A stretch of 61,606 bases of DNA, counting the filler, from Globobulimina sp. (Eukaryota): the NCBI GenBank assembly GCA_003354225.1. It is 16 parts of 16 records of this genome, joined end to end, with 100 filler letters (N's around TTAATTAATTAA, not from the genome) between each part and the next. Parts side by side here need not be neighbours in the genome. Positions count along the whole stretch, not along the records: positions 30,875 to 34,630 come from PIVH01002151.1; positions 34,731 to 38,486 come from PIVH01002152.1; positions 38,587 to 42,342 come from PIVH01002153.1; positions 42,443 to 46,196 come from PIVH01002154.1; 12 more parts are not named here. The stretch is one strand, 5' to 3'. Within the stretch, counting starts at the first letter, position 1, and the number at the start of each line of letters is the position of its first letter. Shown here one piece after another: positions 34,101 to 43,850 of the stretch. The notes under the pieces were generated by a model. The model made no database searches, was not told the origin of the DNA, and saw only the letters and a list, made by a program, of their open reading frames with translations. The translations under genes and the position numbers were made by a program.

Positions 34101-34174
34101 TGAAAGCAAAGAAGAATAAAAATGTTAATTCTGGATTGCCACCGCCACAAATCTGGGATGATGATGATTTTTAA
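31145..34174 (+). CDS. PP2A regulatory B' (B56) family-like protein with long M/N/P/G-rich N-terminus
   Basis: KKIHLC..VCDF, NLFRVLP, AWKHLELIY, NSEEVRE, IIPLHK, LRYWPVTSSKKEQLFL; MMGPP repeats and poly-(NM) at the N-terminus. Confidence 0.8.
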   Translation: MANQYYQQQQGSFNNNPNNNFRGGGGPPPRMMGPPMMGPPMMNNPMMGPPMMGNPMMGPPMMGPPMMNGAMLNMMNGSMLNMNMNNPPPNMNMNMNMNMNMNMNNPPPNLMQNPMQNNKPPNQKPQNNKNNPPPNNDFSLAFAPPPMNNNNNRNNMNNMNMNNMQNNMQQRQGNFYQPDPNFAMNVPINAPMNPPMNILQQMANSGSFYGAPAPRGGPSNNMFASMGNINNINNMRPAPGPGPGPPPPPQPNGARPPQPMAANYQYDQSLQAKKKKKRKKKKKKKRKLGGNIAISVCPADAGDGDYSLSAPRPRSGSRQKVTGRIRNSFLMTSHSQQALPIMGKQIGFSAKKAPQSQHYSEKRKKKVKYSRKETDKMKAKLISSEKNMKKLGAIKDKKTQNKLIMKKIHLCKYVCDFRAAGTGIITLDKAEKARIENKYNLLLELKEHLHRSDWHDTMGADLYKFLESLFKMLSHNLFRVLPDGFIVETIKTNTTGKDAQVTVSKELPAWKHLELIYAIFETVLLKMKADSHAGKAMVVEYLESFNVISNMVYLLNSEEVREEERIAAILSILYKHYALCRLFLLGQLSNVCYSYLYINNRDLNIGRTLTEKNKTQREYSKQLAFGVKTVLQIFRECLQNLENNDEIDGWVELLCKVIIPLHKAIIDEFTIFDDALGQISVTFCEKYFLSFIYIFQGMLRYWPVTSSKKEQLFLHRIGPLLGMADEDVWEFKDKSQCEFRDVFTNLSHKIVDSMQNYQHTHYATAEMVYDMMEDDCLQRFLDIYGGKHCWIKLYKAMHDIKTKFFWKETIDKTVDFMENCREEDDIPMQYLAEFDAIDADKYDKYPSGEVNEYTIEEERLRKKRMERERYYSFLNKKYQKQNIAKYQKHVYKNNQPMLQLEKEERHSSLNPSINWNSTAMKALTESMEHLDKIDGKVAKIEGLLNKNKNKNKNNKSKLKRKSKNKNKKHKIQKRKPSTKKNKPLPLKAKKNKNVNSGLPPPQIWDDDDF

Positions 34175-34730
34175 TTTAGTTTTGTTTTAATCTTTTGTTT
34201 TTTTCTTTTACTTTTTTGTATTTTTTCGGATGTTTTGTTTCAACTTTTACTTTGTGAATTAAGATTGTACAAAAATAAATAATTTTATGCTGAAAAACAC
34301 GCAACTAATTATAATGCACAGCTAACACAATGGCAGACAACAATTATGTTCTCATGAATGAAATGGCTGACTTAGAGACTGCAACAAATAAAACAGATGC
34401 TGCAGCAGCTGGTGGTATGGGTTTTAAAAAATCATGTATGGCATCACCTCTATTTAAATCATGTTTTTTATCAGGAAGCAACTGTGTCATTGTGTTTCAG
34501 ATGACATTATAATTCATAATGATACTTTTTATGATTGGAATGATTATTATAGTGATTATCCTCCTGGGTAAAAAAGCAAACGAAGTGTAACGTAGTTGCT
34601 TTACTAGGAGTTTAGCACTGTTTATTTAACNNNNNNNNNNNNNNNNNNNNNNNNNNNNNNNNNNNNNNNNNNNNTTAATTAATTAANNNNNNNNNNNNNN
34701 NNNNNNNNNNNNNNNNNNNNNNNNNNNNNN

Positions 34731-34926
34731 AGTTAATTCTTCGTTTGATTTTATTATTTTTAGGTTTGATGTTATAAATTGCTCTATCTGTTAACACAAA
34801 TGTTCTTTGCTGTTTCTTGTTTCTTTTGTTGATTTTTAAAATCTTACCATATAATTTTACTTTTTCAGATTTGTTATTATTGTGTTTCGATAGTAACGCT
34901 TTAAAGTGAGCATCTGAGGAAGTCAT
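34731..34926 (-). CDS. Myosin TH1-like domain protein, N-terminal fragment
   Basis: EKVKLYGKILKINKRNKKQQRTFVLTDRAIYNI; resembles the TH1 part of the 9713 gene. Confidence 0.65.
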
Positions 34927-34964
34927 TATAATTAATAGATAAAGAGTTTTTTAGTTTAAGATTG

Positions 34965-35073
34965 TTATTTGATTATTGTTCAGTGCAGAATAATCAGTTC
35001 CTTAAATCAAGATTAGATTATTTGATTATTGTTCAGTGCAAATATCCAGATATGTTTATCAGTTCCTTAAATC
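34965..35073. repeat. Imperfect tandem duplication
   Basis: TTATTTGATTATTGTTCAGTGCA at 34965 and 35018; ATCAGTTCCTTAAATC at 34993 and 35058. Confidence 0.7.
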
Positions 35074-35871
35074 TTGCTGCAAATATGCCGGAGAGGGTCA
35101 TCGAAATTACAAAGAAAATAAAAAAAAATGATACTGCAATGTCACATATACCAAGATGATAATGGCTTGTTTTTTAGACGTGATTGAGATTCACTATATA
35201 TTCATGCTGATTAATGGTAGAAGATTTTGACTGCTCCGTTTCCGGCCTCATCCATTTCTCTTCTTATTAGCAACCCCGAGGTTAATCACACAAAGTTAAT
35301 GTACAACAAATTTTAATTTTGCTTACGCAGAACTATCAGTGTTGACCATCATCAAAGAAATTATGAGTGTGGACAATCACGAAACTGACCGCTGTCTATC
35401 TTGGCATTGTTAGCATTTGCTTTATATCATTCTTATTCAGATTGTGACGTCATTTCTTGTTTATATACATCGATAGTTTCACTGATCGTACACAGTTTAT
35501 ATGGTTTTGATGTGACGTCAAATACTTATTTTAATAATGTACAGATGCTTTATGCAAAGTTTGCAAACTGTTTACCTTTTATAACCATCGGAATTAACAT
35601 GTAATTTAACAGAATGATCAGCTTCAATTTTTGGAGTAAATCAACCACCACAATAAATTAGCTCAATAGTTGTGTGTGCAGTGTCATCGTGCCAGGAAAC
35701 TATGCACATAGCCAATCGAAAACATCTCAAAAATGCACATTTATTGAATAAATAAAAGAAACGAAAGTATCCAAACATATATTATTTCAACATATGTATA
35801 TTATTTCATGGGACAATCTAGACGATGAAATTTTTTCATTGAAAAACAATCACAGAAAATGTATATGTCAG

Positions 35872-37608
35872 TTAGGAATGAGACAAATCTCTTTCTGGTC
35901 TTGATTCCATTTCGATAATTGTAGCCATTCGATTATCAAATGTATTCCTTTCCCGCTCGACTTTCATTGTCTTTGCAGTTATCACCATAATGATACCAAT
36001 GAGACATGTAACAAATAAGCAAATATTATTCGCATAGATAACAAAATCAATTGTAAGATTCCATAAAAACCCCATTAGAAGCACTCCTATGCAAGAACCC
36101 ATAATTCCGATAGCAAAATTTACTCCGATTAATTTTTGTTCCAAATGCTCTGTTTTTAATATCATAATAGTATTCGTTGGCAACATACTTATGATACCAA
36201 TACAAAAACCGCTGCAGAATAGAACAGCCCAACCCAAATGGTAATAGGATGCAATAGTAACCCACGCCACTCCCAGAACCACACTAATACTATTTATTAA
36301 AAATAAAAAACAGTTTGCGATGATATCTTGTTGGTTATTGCATTTATGCCCTTTACCAAATAACGTATTTTTAACCAAAACCAATGCTTTGTTGAATAGT
36401 AATGTTCCAAATAACGCGCCAATCGCACCAGATGCTACAAACAATGACGACAATGCAATACTATAATTATGCCATTTTGTAATTAAATATAATAAAATCC
36501 AGCCGTTGAAAATGCCACCAGCTAATCCTTTAAAACAAGACACTGCAAAAACTAAATAAATTAACAACCAATCTTTGTTGCTTAAAATAATATCTTTTTT
36601 ACTAATTTTTGTGATGCGATTTTCTAATTCGACACTTTCTAACTTTTCAACGATTACAGTGGCTTTCTTATCATAGATCGGGAAATCTATGCACTGACTC
36701 GACGCTATATCAGTACGGCTGTCATCTGCCGCTCGGAACTTATTAGCCAATAAAAACTGTTCAGTGCTATGTCGAAAACTTGAAGTTCTTCTGTATTTAT
36801 GTGAGGGGTTTTTTAGGATTCTTTTTTTCTTTTCAACATAAAATAATTCATCAAAAAATGACAACTGTTTTTGAATTATTTTTGATTGTCTGCCTAAAAT
36901 GAAGTATAAACTGAAAAAAAATAAGAAAATATAGATCGCTGCGCAACAATAAAATAATTCTTGCATTGTAATAAATGCAATTGCTGCGGATAGAATTATT
37001 GATGCAAAAATACTGACTAATGCCCATACGACGAATATTATTTGCTCGTATTTGCCACATCTTGTTTCTGGCAAAAGCGTTGAAACGCAACTCAGCGATG
37101 TTTCAAATTTAATGTTGCAAAATGAGTTTATCGCCGCACATATTATAAATCCGCTAATCGATTTAAAGTTTGCCATTAACAGTAAGTTAATAAATGATAT
37201 TAATAATCTAATGGAGGACATTGATCCGTATGAACAATATTTTAAACATTTAAATTGTGACTCTGCTAAATATGGTACGAGTATATTGGGGATGATCTGT
37301 GCTCCGACGATAAAAGACAATGAAATGCCAATTGTTGACGATGATGCATTCAGCTCTTCTTCCAAATAAACAGGCAGTATCAATAAAATTATTTTATTTA
37401 TTAATGATGAGCCACCTTGGAGAATAATCACGTTTTTAACATAACTCTCCGATTCTGCTAAAATTGATTTTTTTTCTTCTATGGTAGTGAGCCGGTTCAT
37501 GGATGTGGTGTATAAGAAATGTTTGTGTCTAAAATTACAGCATAATTGTGCAAAAATAGCGTAATTCTGCCGATTGAGAGAATTATGCATTCGTTGATGC
37601 AGCTGCAT
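35872..37608 (-). CDS. Major facilitator superfamily-like transporter (likely start 37500)
   Basis: Two blocks of about 6 hydrophobic helices separated by a long hydrophilic loop; ILPVYLEEELNASSSTIG. Confidence 0.75.
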   Translation of the reverse strand: MQLHQRMHNSLNRQNYAIFAQLCCNFRHKHFLYTTSMNRLTTIEEKKSILAESESYVKNVIILQGGSSLINKIILLILPVYLEEELNASSSTIGISLSFIVGAQIIPNILVPYLAESQFKCLKYCSYGSMSSIRLLISFINLLLMANFKSISGFIICAAINSFCNIKFETSLSCVSTLLPETRCGKYEQIIFVVWALVSIFASIILSAAIAFITMQELFYCCAAIYIFLFFFSLYFILGRQSKIIQKQLSFFDELFYVEKKKRILKNPSHKYRRTSSFRHSTEQFLLANKFRAADDSRTDIASSQCIDFPIYDKKATVIVEKLESVELENRITKISKKDIILSNKDWLLIYLVFAVSCFKGLAGGIFNGWILLYLITKWHNYSIALSSLFVASGAIGALFGTLLFNKALVLVKNTLFGKGHKCNNQQDIIANCFLFLINSISVVLGVAWVTIASYYHLGWAVLFCSGFCIGIISMLPTNTIMILKTEHLEQKLIGVNFAIGIMGSCIGVLLMGFLWNLTIDFVIYANNICLFVTCLIGIIMVITAKTMKVERERNTFDNRMATIIEMESRPERDLSHS

Positions 37609-38182
37609 TAAATGTTTTGTAACTAAAATTACTGTATTAATAAAATTATAAATCGGACAACCACATAATAAATCAAATCAGGTTCATTGTGCAACAATAT
37701 TCATTGTTATTATTACTTTGCAGCATAAAATGAATTATTAAATGATGAATAATATGTTTAAAAAACATTCCTGACATGAATTAAAATCAAAAACAAATTC
37801 ATTCACACTATTCATTGCATACACATATGCTTTGTCACATCCTTTGCCATAACATTTTAGAAAGGCATTTGTTTGCGGATAATAAATATTGTCATAATGA
37901 CATCCATTTGCTTGGTCATAACTACATTAAACGGATAAATATGAGGAATGTGCACCATAAATGGATGTAAAATATAACGAATTATAACCAATTGCAATAA
38001 TATTAATATTATTTGCAAAATCAACCCATTTGGTTCACCACATGGATTGTAACATTTTGGTCGAAATATTGAGAGATATTGACTGTGCTGAAATATTCAG
38101 TGTTGATAGATGATGCAGACTCTAATAAGAAACATACAATCAAAAAAAATGGCCAATGTGACATGGTGCAAGGCACAGTTTT

Positions 38183-38486
38183 TTAATAGACGGTAATGTT
38201 CGGATATCTTCTTTTAAAATACTTTAAATGTCCTCTTTCAAATGTATTGCCAAGTGTTAATTGAAAAAATGCATTTCTTCGTTGTAACTTTGCTCCGTTT
38301 ACTTTCTTCAATGAACAAATGTTATTATTACATACATTTAAATATGTTATAGTTTTGGGTAAATAAAGATTGGTTAATTTATATAATTGTTGGTCATTTA
38401 TCATATTACCATCCAATAACAATATTTTTAAATATTTTGGCAAGTTAACCATTGTAAATGAAAAAATTCGATTATTTCGTAAATCC
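38183..38486 (-). CDS. Leucine-rich repeat protein, C-terminal fragment
   Basis: LPKYLKILLLDGNMI and LPKTITYLNVCNNNI. Confidence 0.7.
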
Positions 38487-38586
38487 NNNNNNNNNNNNNN
38501 NNNNNNNNNNNNNNNNNNNNNNNNNNNNNNTTAATTAATTAANNNNNNNNNNNNNNNNNNNNNNNNNNNNNNNNNNNNNNNNNNNN

Positions 38587-39775
38587 ATGGCGTCAATACA
38601 ATTTCCTCTCCCTCGTACTTCTGCATTAATCGTTCCATGAAAAGCTCTCCACCATAAACTCTTATTTGCTGCATCAAATGGATGTAACCATGAGTCATAT
38701 TTTCGTATTTGCCACCAACAGACAATCCATATCTTGTCCAACCAAATGGTTCATAATATGCTTCCTTCCCAATAATATGCGTTTTATATTTTTGAAAGGA
38801 CCCTTCATGACCGCGAGCATCAAACATTGATGCTTTGAATATCTTTCTAACTAACAATGGATGAATGGATAACTTTATTAATGGTTCAGCTCTTCCATTA
38901 CGATTATAATCAAAGAAACTACCAGGTTCTCCCCATGATGTTTTTGCCCATATTATACTTTTAATGTTATATTTGAAGCAACCTATATTTGAACTATACG
39001 AGTCTTTCACAGTATAATCATTTTTTTGATCCACGTCATCAGCAACTTTCGCCTCATCAGATTCAATAATAAATAGAGCTTGATTTTGGCAAACATCCCA
39101 GGCATATTCTAAAGTATCTGCACTATTGACAGCACCTACTTTTTTATTGGATAGCTTGACATTCTGAGGCATGATTATTGGCGAATATAACATAATCATT
39201 TTCTTGAGTTGTGTCCATTCTACATTCCAATTTATTTGATCATCATTAAATGCAGTTTCTACATTTTGACATTTTGGATATTTTTTAATAAACGATACCA
39301 ATGATTGTGGCATCCATTTAAAAACTTGCATATTATTATAATGAAATATAAAATATCTATGATTTGCAAATATGCTTTTTAATACGATTTTTATTTCAAC
39401 AGCTTTCAATGAGGCTTTTTGCTCTAAAAAAAACATTAATTGCTTTGAATCTGTGATGTGATTATTATTCTCACATATCATGACAGCTATATCTGTTGCA
39501 ATTGCATCATTTGGATTGTATCCAACGAACAATAATAATGTATTTGTGTGTCTGCGTTCAACACTGCACTTTTAAGTATCATATTGTAATTCAATCCATT
39601 TTGGTAACTTTTTTGCTGGCTTTTTTTTTGCTTTTCGTTGATTACCACACATCTCATGATCACATATCATTGTAGATGATTTGTTCTCAAACGTACAGAA
39701 TTCACACTGCCATTGTTTTGCTGCAAATCCTTCATCACCGTATCCTGCAGTGTCTATTACATCAATGAACGCCAT
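38587..39775 (-). pseudogene. RanBP2-type Zn finger + NEURL4-like ADP-ribosyltransferase domain, with in-frame stop and frameshift, 3'-truncated
   Basis: WQCEFCTFEN...C...C; YYEPFGWTRYGL.V..KY / WL...WWRAFHGT; in-frame TAA at 39572-39574; frameshift near 38700. Confidence 0.6.
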
Positions 39776-39928
39776 GTTAAAGACCGAATAAATGTTTTGT
39801 CTGACTGCAATGTTTCTGCTCCAAAATCAAATGAAATCGATATATTAACACAAAGATTTGCTTATTTGTAAATTTTAAAATAACATCAATCATTATAAAG
39901 TAGAACAACGTTTGAACAAAAATTATAA

Positions 39929-40954
39929 TTAATCGCGAATATCATTATCTATGATACAATCAATCACATTAAAACCTGGCTCATTTTCATAATTATAATC
40001 GTCAACCATATGCATCGGAGTCACATCACTTTGTGGCATACTTCCAGATAGCTCGTCAATCAAAGCATGGATATTATTTGAAGGACTCATGGCATCGTCA
40101 CCAATTACTAAATCAGCCAATGATGTTTCTGTTTTATGAGTCCTCGGTGTTGTTAAATGTGTCATTGCTCCATCATTATCACCAACAGTATCCCGGTTAT
40201 TTTCCATCATTTCTAAATTAATGCTATTATCAATCACCATCTCTCCCTTTGGCACTGTTAACTTACGTATACTATAACTCATTTTTGACACATTCTTAAT
40301 ATGTTTCCTATATTTATCGATATTCTTATGGTTGATTGCTTTATTAAACTGCTTTTTCCTTTGATAACAGATACAAACGGCACAGCATATTGCCAGCAAT
40401 ACTAATGAGCCTCCAATGAATATCAACCACCAATAATCTGTCAATAAAATACCCTCCAACGAGCCATCATCATCAATAAATGTTGGATTTAGTGTTGGAA
40501 CGAATGTAGGTTCCATTGTGGGCTCTAATGTTGGTTCAAATGTTGCGTCAATACATTCATTACAGACAAAATATTGTCTTATATCACATTGTGCCATCTC
40601 CCAATATGTCACATTATCTTTGTTTATTTGTACACAATTTTTATTTGTATTGGTGTCTCTTATTGGTTGCAGTGATGATTTCCATTTTGCGTAATCATAA
40701 TCCGATGCATCAATCCATGTCAAATGGCTCTCAGTGTTTATATATAAACCAATCCATGTGTTTTTATACGGTGATAACATGCTGATGATAGAGTCGTAAT
40801 CATCAGATGAATGAATCGAAGCTAATGTACTGTTGCAAAAAATATTGCAATATAGGTCAGCGTTGTTGAATGAGAGCGATGTTTGAGACATATAATATGG
40901 GTATGCGGATATGATGTATGTACACTGAAACAAAAGAAAATATGATGGCGTCAT
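39929..40954 (-). CDS. Type I membrane protein with C-type lectin domain
   Basis: Signal peptide; LASIHS...WIGL...WIDAS..DY..W...CV...W...C...FVCN; EPT repeats; one TM helix. Confidence 0.85.
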   Translation of the reverse strand: MTPSYFLLFQCTYIISAYPYYMSQTSLSFNNADLYCNIFCNSTLASIHSSDDYDSIISMLSPYKNTWIGLYINTESHLTWIDASDYDYAKWKSSLQPIRDTNTNKNCVQINKDNVTYWEMAQCDIRQYFVCNECIDATFEPTLEPTMEPTFVPTLNPTFIDDDGSLEGILLTDYWWLIFIGGSLVLLAICCAVCICYQRKKQFNKAINHKNIDKYRKHIKNVSKMSYSIRKLTVPKGEMVIDNSINLEMMENNRDTVGDNDGAMTHLTTPRTHKTETSLADLVIGDDAMSPSNNIHALIDELSGSMPQSDVTPMHMVDDYNYENEPGFNVIDCIIDNDIRD

Positions 40955-41064
40955 GTTTGTTAGTTACAACATTTTATAGTTTTCATAAAGTAAACATAAA
41001 TGAAATAATGGCCAAGTGGTAATAAACAAACCCAAAACAAGTTAATGATATCTTTACACTCAAT

Positions 41065-42342
41065 TTAAATAAATTCTATCATATTATTTCTTACTATGGT
41101 TTGTGCATATTCATGTGGTATCTGTGCTGTTGGGAGATTTGGGGTATAATGACGATATTTGTTTGGATCAATCACTATAACATTAGACTTATCTTTCCAT
41201 CCAATTCTTCCAATTAACCTATTGCCTTTTGCATGGGTATGCGATTTTGCCCCAACCTTATTGCCAATGGGTTCCATACAATGATAACACCTCCCACTTC
41301 CATTTGTTGCTGTACCTTTACTACCAATAAAGTAAAGATGATTATTAGGACATAACCAAAGACCATGCCCAACCATTGCATAAATAACTGATTTAAACTC
41401 TTCATTTTTAACAATGCTTGGAATACACTGTAAGCATAATCTCTCTTTTGGTTCAGCATTATCATAAAATTCATTATAGCATTCATTAAATCCGGCATAA
41501 TATGGCTCTGTACATCCATGGCATACAAATATTGAATATATATCCATTGCATATTCCGTTGGTTTTTCATAATATTCACTATTTTTGCTGCTGATTGCCT
41601 CATCATTCTCTCTTCCATCTAATTTTAACTGATACAATAACACTGCCTCTACTTTATCATGGAATGAATTTATTTTTAACAACTTACTTGGTTCGTTTTT
41701 CAATTTCATTTTTGTTCTACATATAATACAACATAATTGCTGGAGTGCTACACTTTTGCCATTGGCAATGCAATCGACCTTACTCTCAAGCAACAATTCA
41801 AAACATTTTGTGTGTAATACCAAACCACAACATTGTAAATGTATTTTTTGCCCATTTGACAATTTATGAAAACAAATGTAACACAATTCATCTCCATCAT
41901 CATTTTTCTTTTCATCATCATTGTCATTATTGGTTCTCCGCATTATTTAATTAATTGCCTTATTGATATCGTATGAATGTCTTAATGCCGCAGTTAATGA
42001 TAAAGCGGGCGGAAACCCCAAACTTTCTAATTTATTTTGTGTAGATTTAATAGATTGTTGATGATTTAATCGGTTCCGTTGTTTTTCTTTTTGGTTTGCA
42101 TGTGATTTAATATCATTATTGTTTTCAGCAATTTGCCGTTTATAATCTTCAACTTCCATTTTTAATGTGCTTATTGTTACATCGTCAAAATCAATATTTT
42201 CCTTGTTATCCATATTAAATTCTTTATTTATAATCATACCCAAAGCACTTACTTTATTTAATATTTTTTGATATGTCCCATCATTTACTTTTAAATCAAT
42301 TTGTTCCACATAATTATTATTTCTTTTCGCCATGTTTTCTAC
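41065..42342 (-). CDS. Coiled coil-UBA + MYCBP2-like RING/Cys domain + RZ-type finger; in-frame TAA at 41947-41949
   Basis: UBA LESLGFP...AL...DINKAIN*IM; CYICF...LHTKC...CIICR; YAMDIYSIFVCHGCTEPYYAG..EC; WLCPNNHLYFIG...CYHC.EPIG...H. Confidence 0.7.
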
Positions 42343-42442
42343 NNNNNNNNNNNNNNNNNNNNNNNNNNNNNNNNNNNNNNNNNNNNTTAATTAATTAANN
42401 NNNNNNNNNNNNNNNNNNNNNNNNNNNNNNNNNNNNNNNNNN

Positions 42443-43513
42443 ATTGGTTTAGTTGGGCCATGTATCGATAATATACAATGTTACATTGGTGATTACAGCG
42501 AACACAATCCACCGTATTCTAATGGATGGATAACGCCGTTGCAACAAATAAAGAAACTAACAACAAACATATTATATGCAACAGGCTGTAATTCAACATC
42601 TTGCGATGATATGACAGTCAATTCAATGAAGAATGTATTGCAAGTTGTGAATGAAAGTGATATTCTTTTTTATTTTGGTGGCATATCAGTTGAACAGGAG
42701 TCAGAAATGAATGACAGAATAAATTTACAATTACCATATAACCAATCTTTATTATTTCAAAATATCTACAATACTTTAAATGGAAAAGAAATAATCTCAG
42801 TCATCAGTTATGGTGCTCCCTTCATCGATGACTTGATGTTTTCGTCAAGCAATGCGTTGATCGGTGCTGGTTATACGGGAATGCAGATTGGTGCGGCAAT
42901 TTGGGATATTATATTTGGTGGCAAATCGCCAATGGCAAAAACTGTCATTACGTGGTATCATTCCATCAATGAGTTGCCCGCATTTACCGATTATAATATG
43001 ATACAGAAACCATTTGGGAGAACCTATCGATATTTTAATTCAACACCGTATTATCCATTTGGTTATGGACTGTCTTACACAGAATTTAAATATACAGCTT
43101 TGGCATTAAATGGAATTCCGTTATTAAGTGATAAACTTATCAGTATCACACCGTGTATGTCAGTTTCAGTCCAGGTTAATATTGAAAATATTGGTAATCA
43201 GTATACATCAGATGAGATTACACAAATTTATATGACATATCCATTGGATGCACATTCCATTGCCTCTCACACAGAAAATATAAAATTAGTAAATTTTACT
43301 CGAAGTTTGAATATCAAACCAAATATGAATGTAAATGTTTCATTGTTGATTGTAGCGCAGTCAATGGTTATTGTGACAGATTATGAATTTATTCCGGTTA
43401 TACAGCCTGGCATTTATACTATTTATGTTGGAGACACATTGGATGCAAAGAATATGTTAAATCAACAATTTCAAATTGTTGGCGATCAAACTCCAATCAG
43501 TCAATGTCAATGA
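42443..43513 (+). CDS. Glycoside hydrolase family 3 (beta-xylosidase/glucosidase), C-terminal + Fn3-like domains, 5'-truncated
   Basis: ESEMNDRINLQLP..Q, GRTYRYF, YPFGYGLSYTEFKY, ENIG...SDEITQIY, PGIYTIYVG. Confidence 0.9.
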   Translation: MGLVGPCIDNIQCYIGDYSEHNPPYSNGWITPLQQIKKLTTNILYATGCNSTSCDDMTVNSMKNVLQVVNESDILFYFGGISVEQESEMNDRINLQLPYNQSLLFQNIYNTLNGKEIISVISYGAPFIDDLMFSSSNALIGAGYTGMQIGAAIWDIIFGGKSPMAKTVITWYHSINELPAFTDYNMIQKPFGRTYRYFNSTPYYPFGYGLSYTEFKYTALALNGIPLLSDKLISITPCMSVSVQVNIENIGNQYTSDEITQIYMTYPLDAHSIASHTENIKLVNFTRSLNIKPNMNVNVSLLIVAQSMVIVTDYEFIPVIQPGIYTIYVGDTLDAKNMLNQQFQIVGDQTPISQCQ

Positions 43514-43850
43514 TACAAATAATTTACATAAATAATGTTTGTCAATTAAAAACCCATATTTTTATTTGTGTTTCATGACAACAAATCTCGGTCTTTACAG
43601 TTATTGTACATGTTTCTTTGTGTCCGATCCGCCAGATAGAACTGTAAAGAACGCTTTTTATAAACAACCGCTTTCATTTTGAAACTTTTTAACAAACTAT
43701 TTAACAAAAATGACTATAGCTAGTAGAAAAAACACAACATTGACATACACACGAAAAAGAGTTATAAATCTGATAATTACATTCAAACATTGCGTATAAC
43801 AATGTTATTATTTATTAATTATTTACGAGTTATTAATGTGATGTTTTAAT

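Noticed and set aside
32906-34150. 414-aa antisense ORF
   Set aside because: Shadow of the GC-rich B56 coding strand; no motifs.
35620-35645. AATTTTTGG Sm-site-like motif suggesting an snRNA
   Set aside because: No conserved U1/U2/U4/U5 sequence nearby.
37700-38120. Cys-rich coding-like remnant on the minus strand
   Set aside because: Multiple stops and frameshifts; no supportable gene model.
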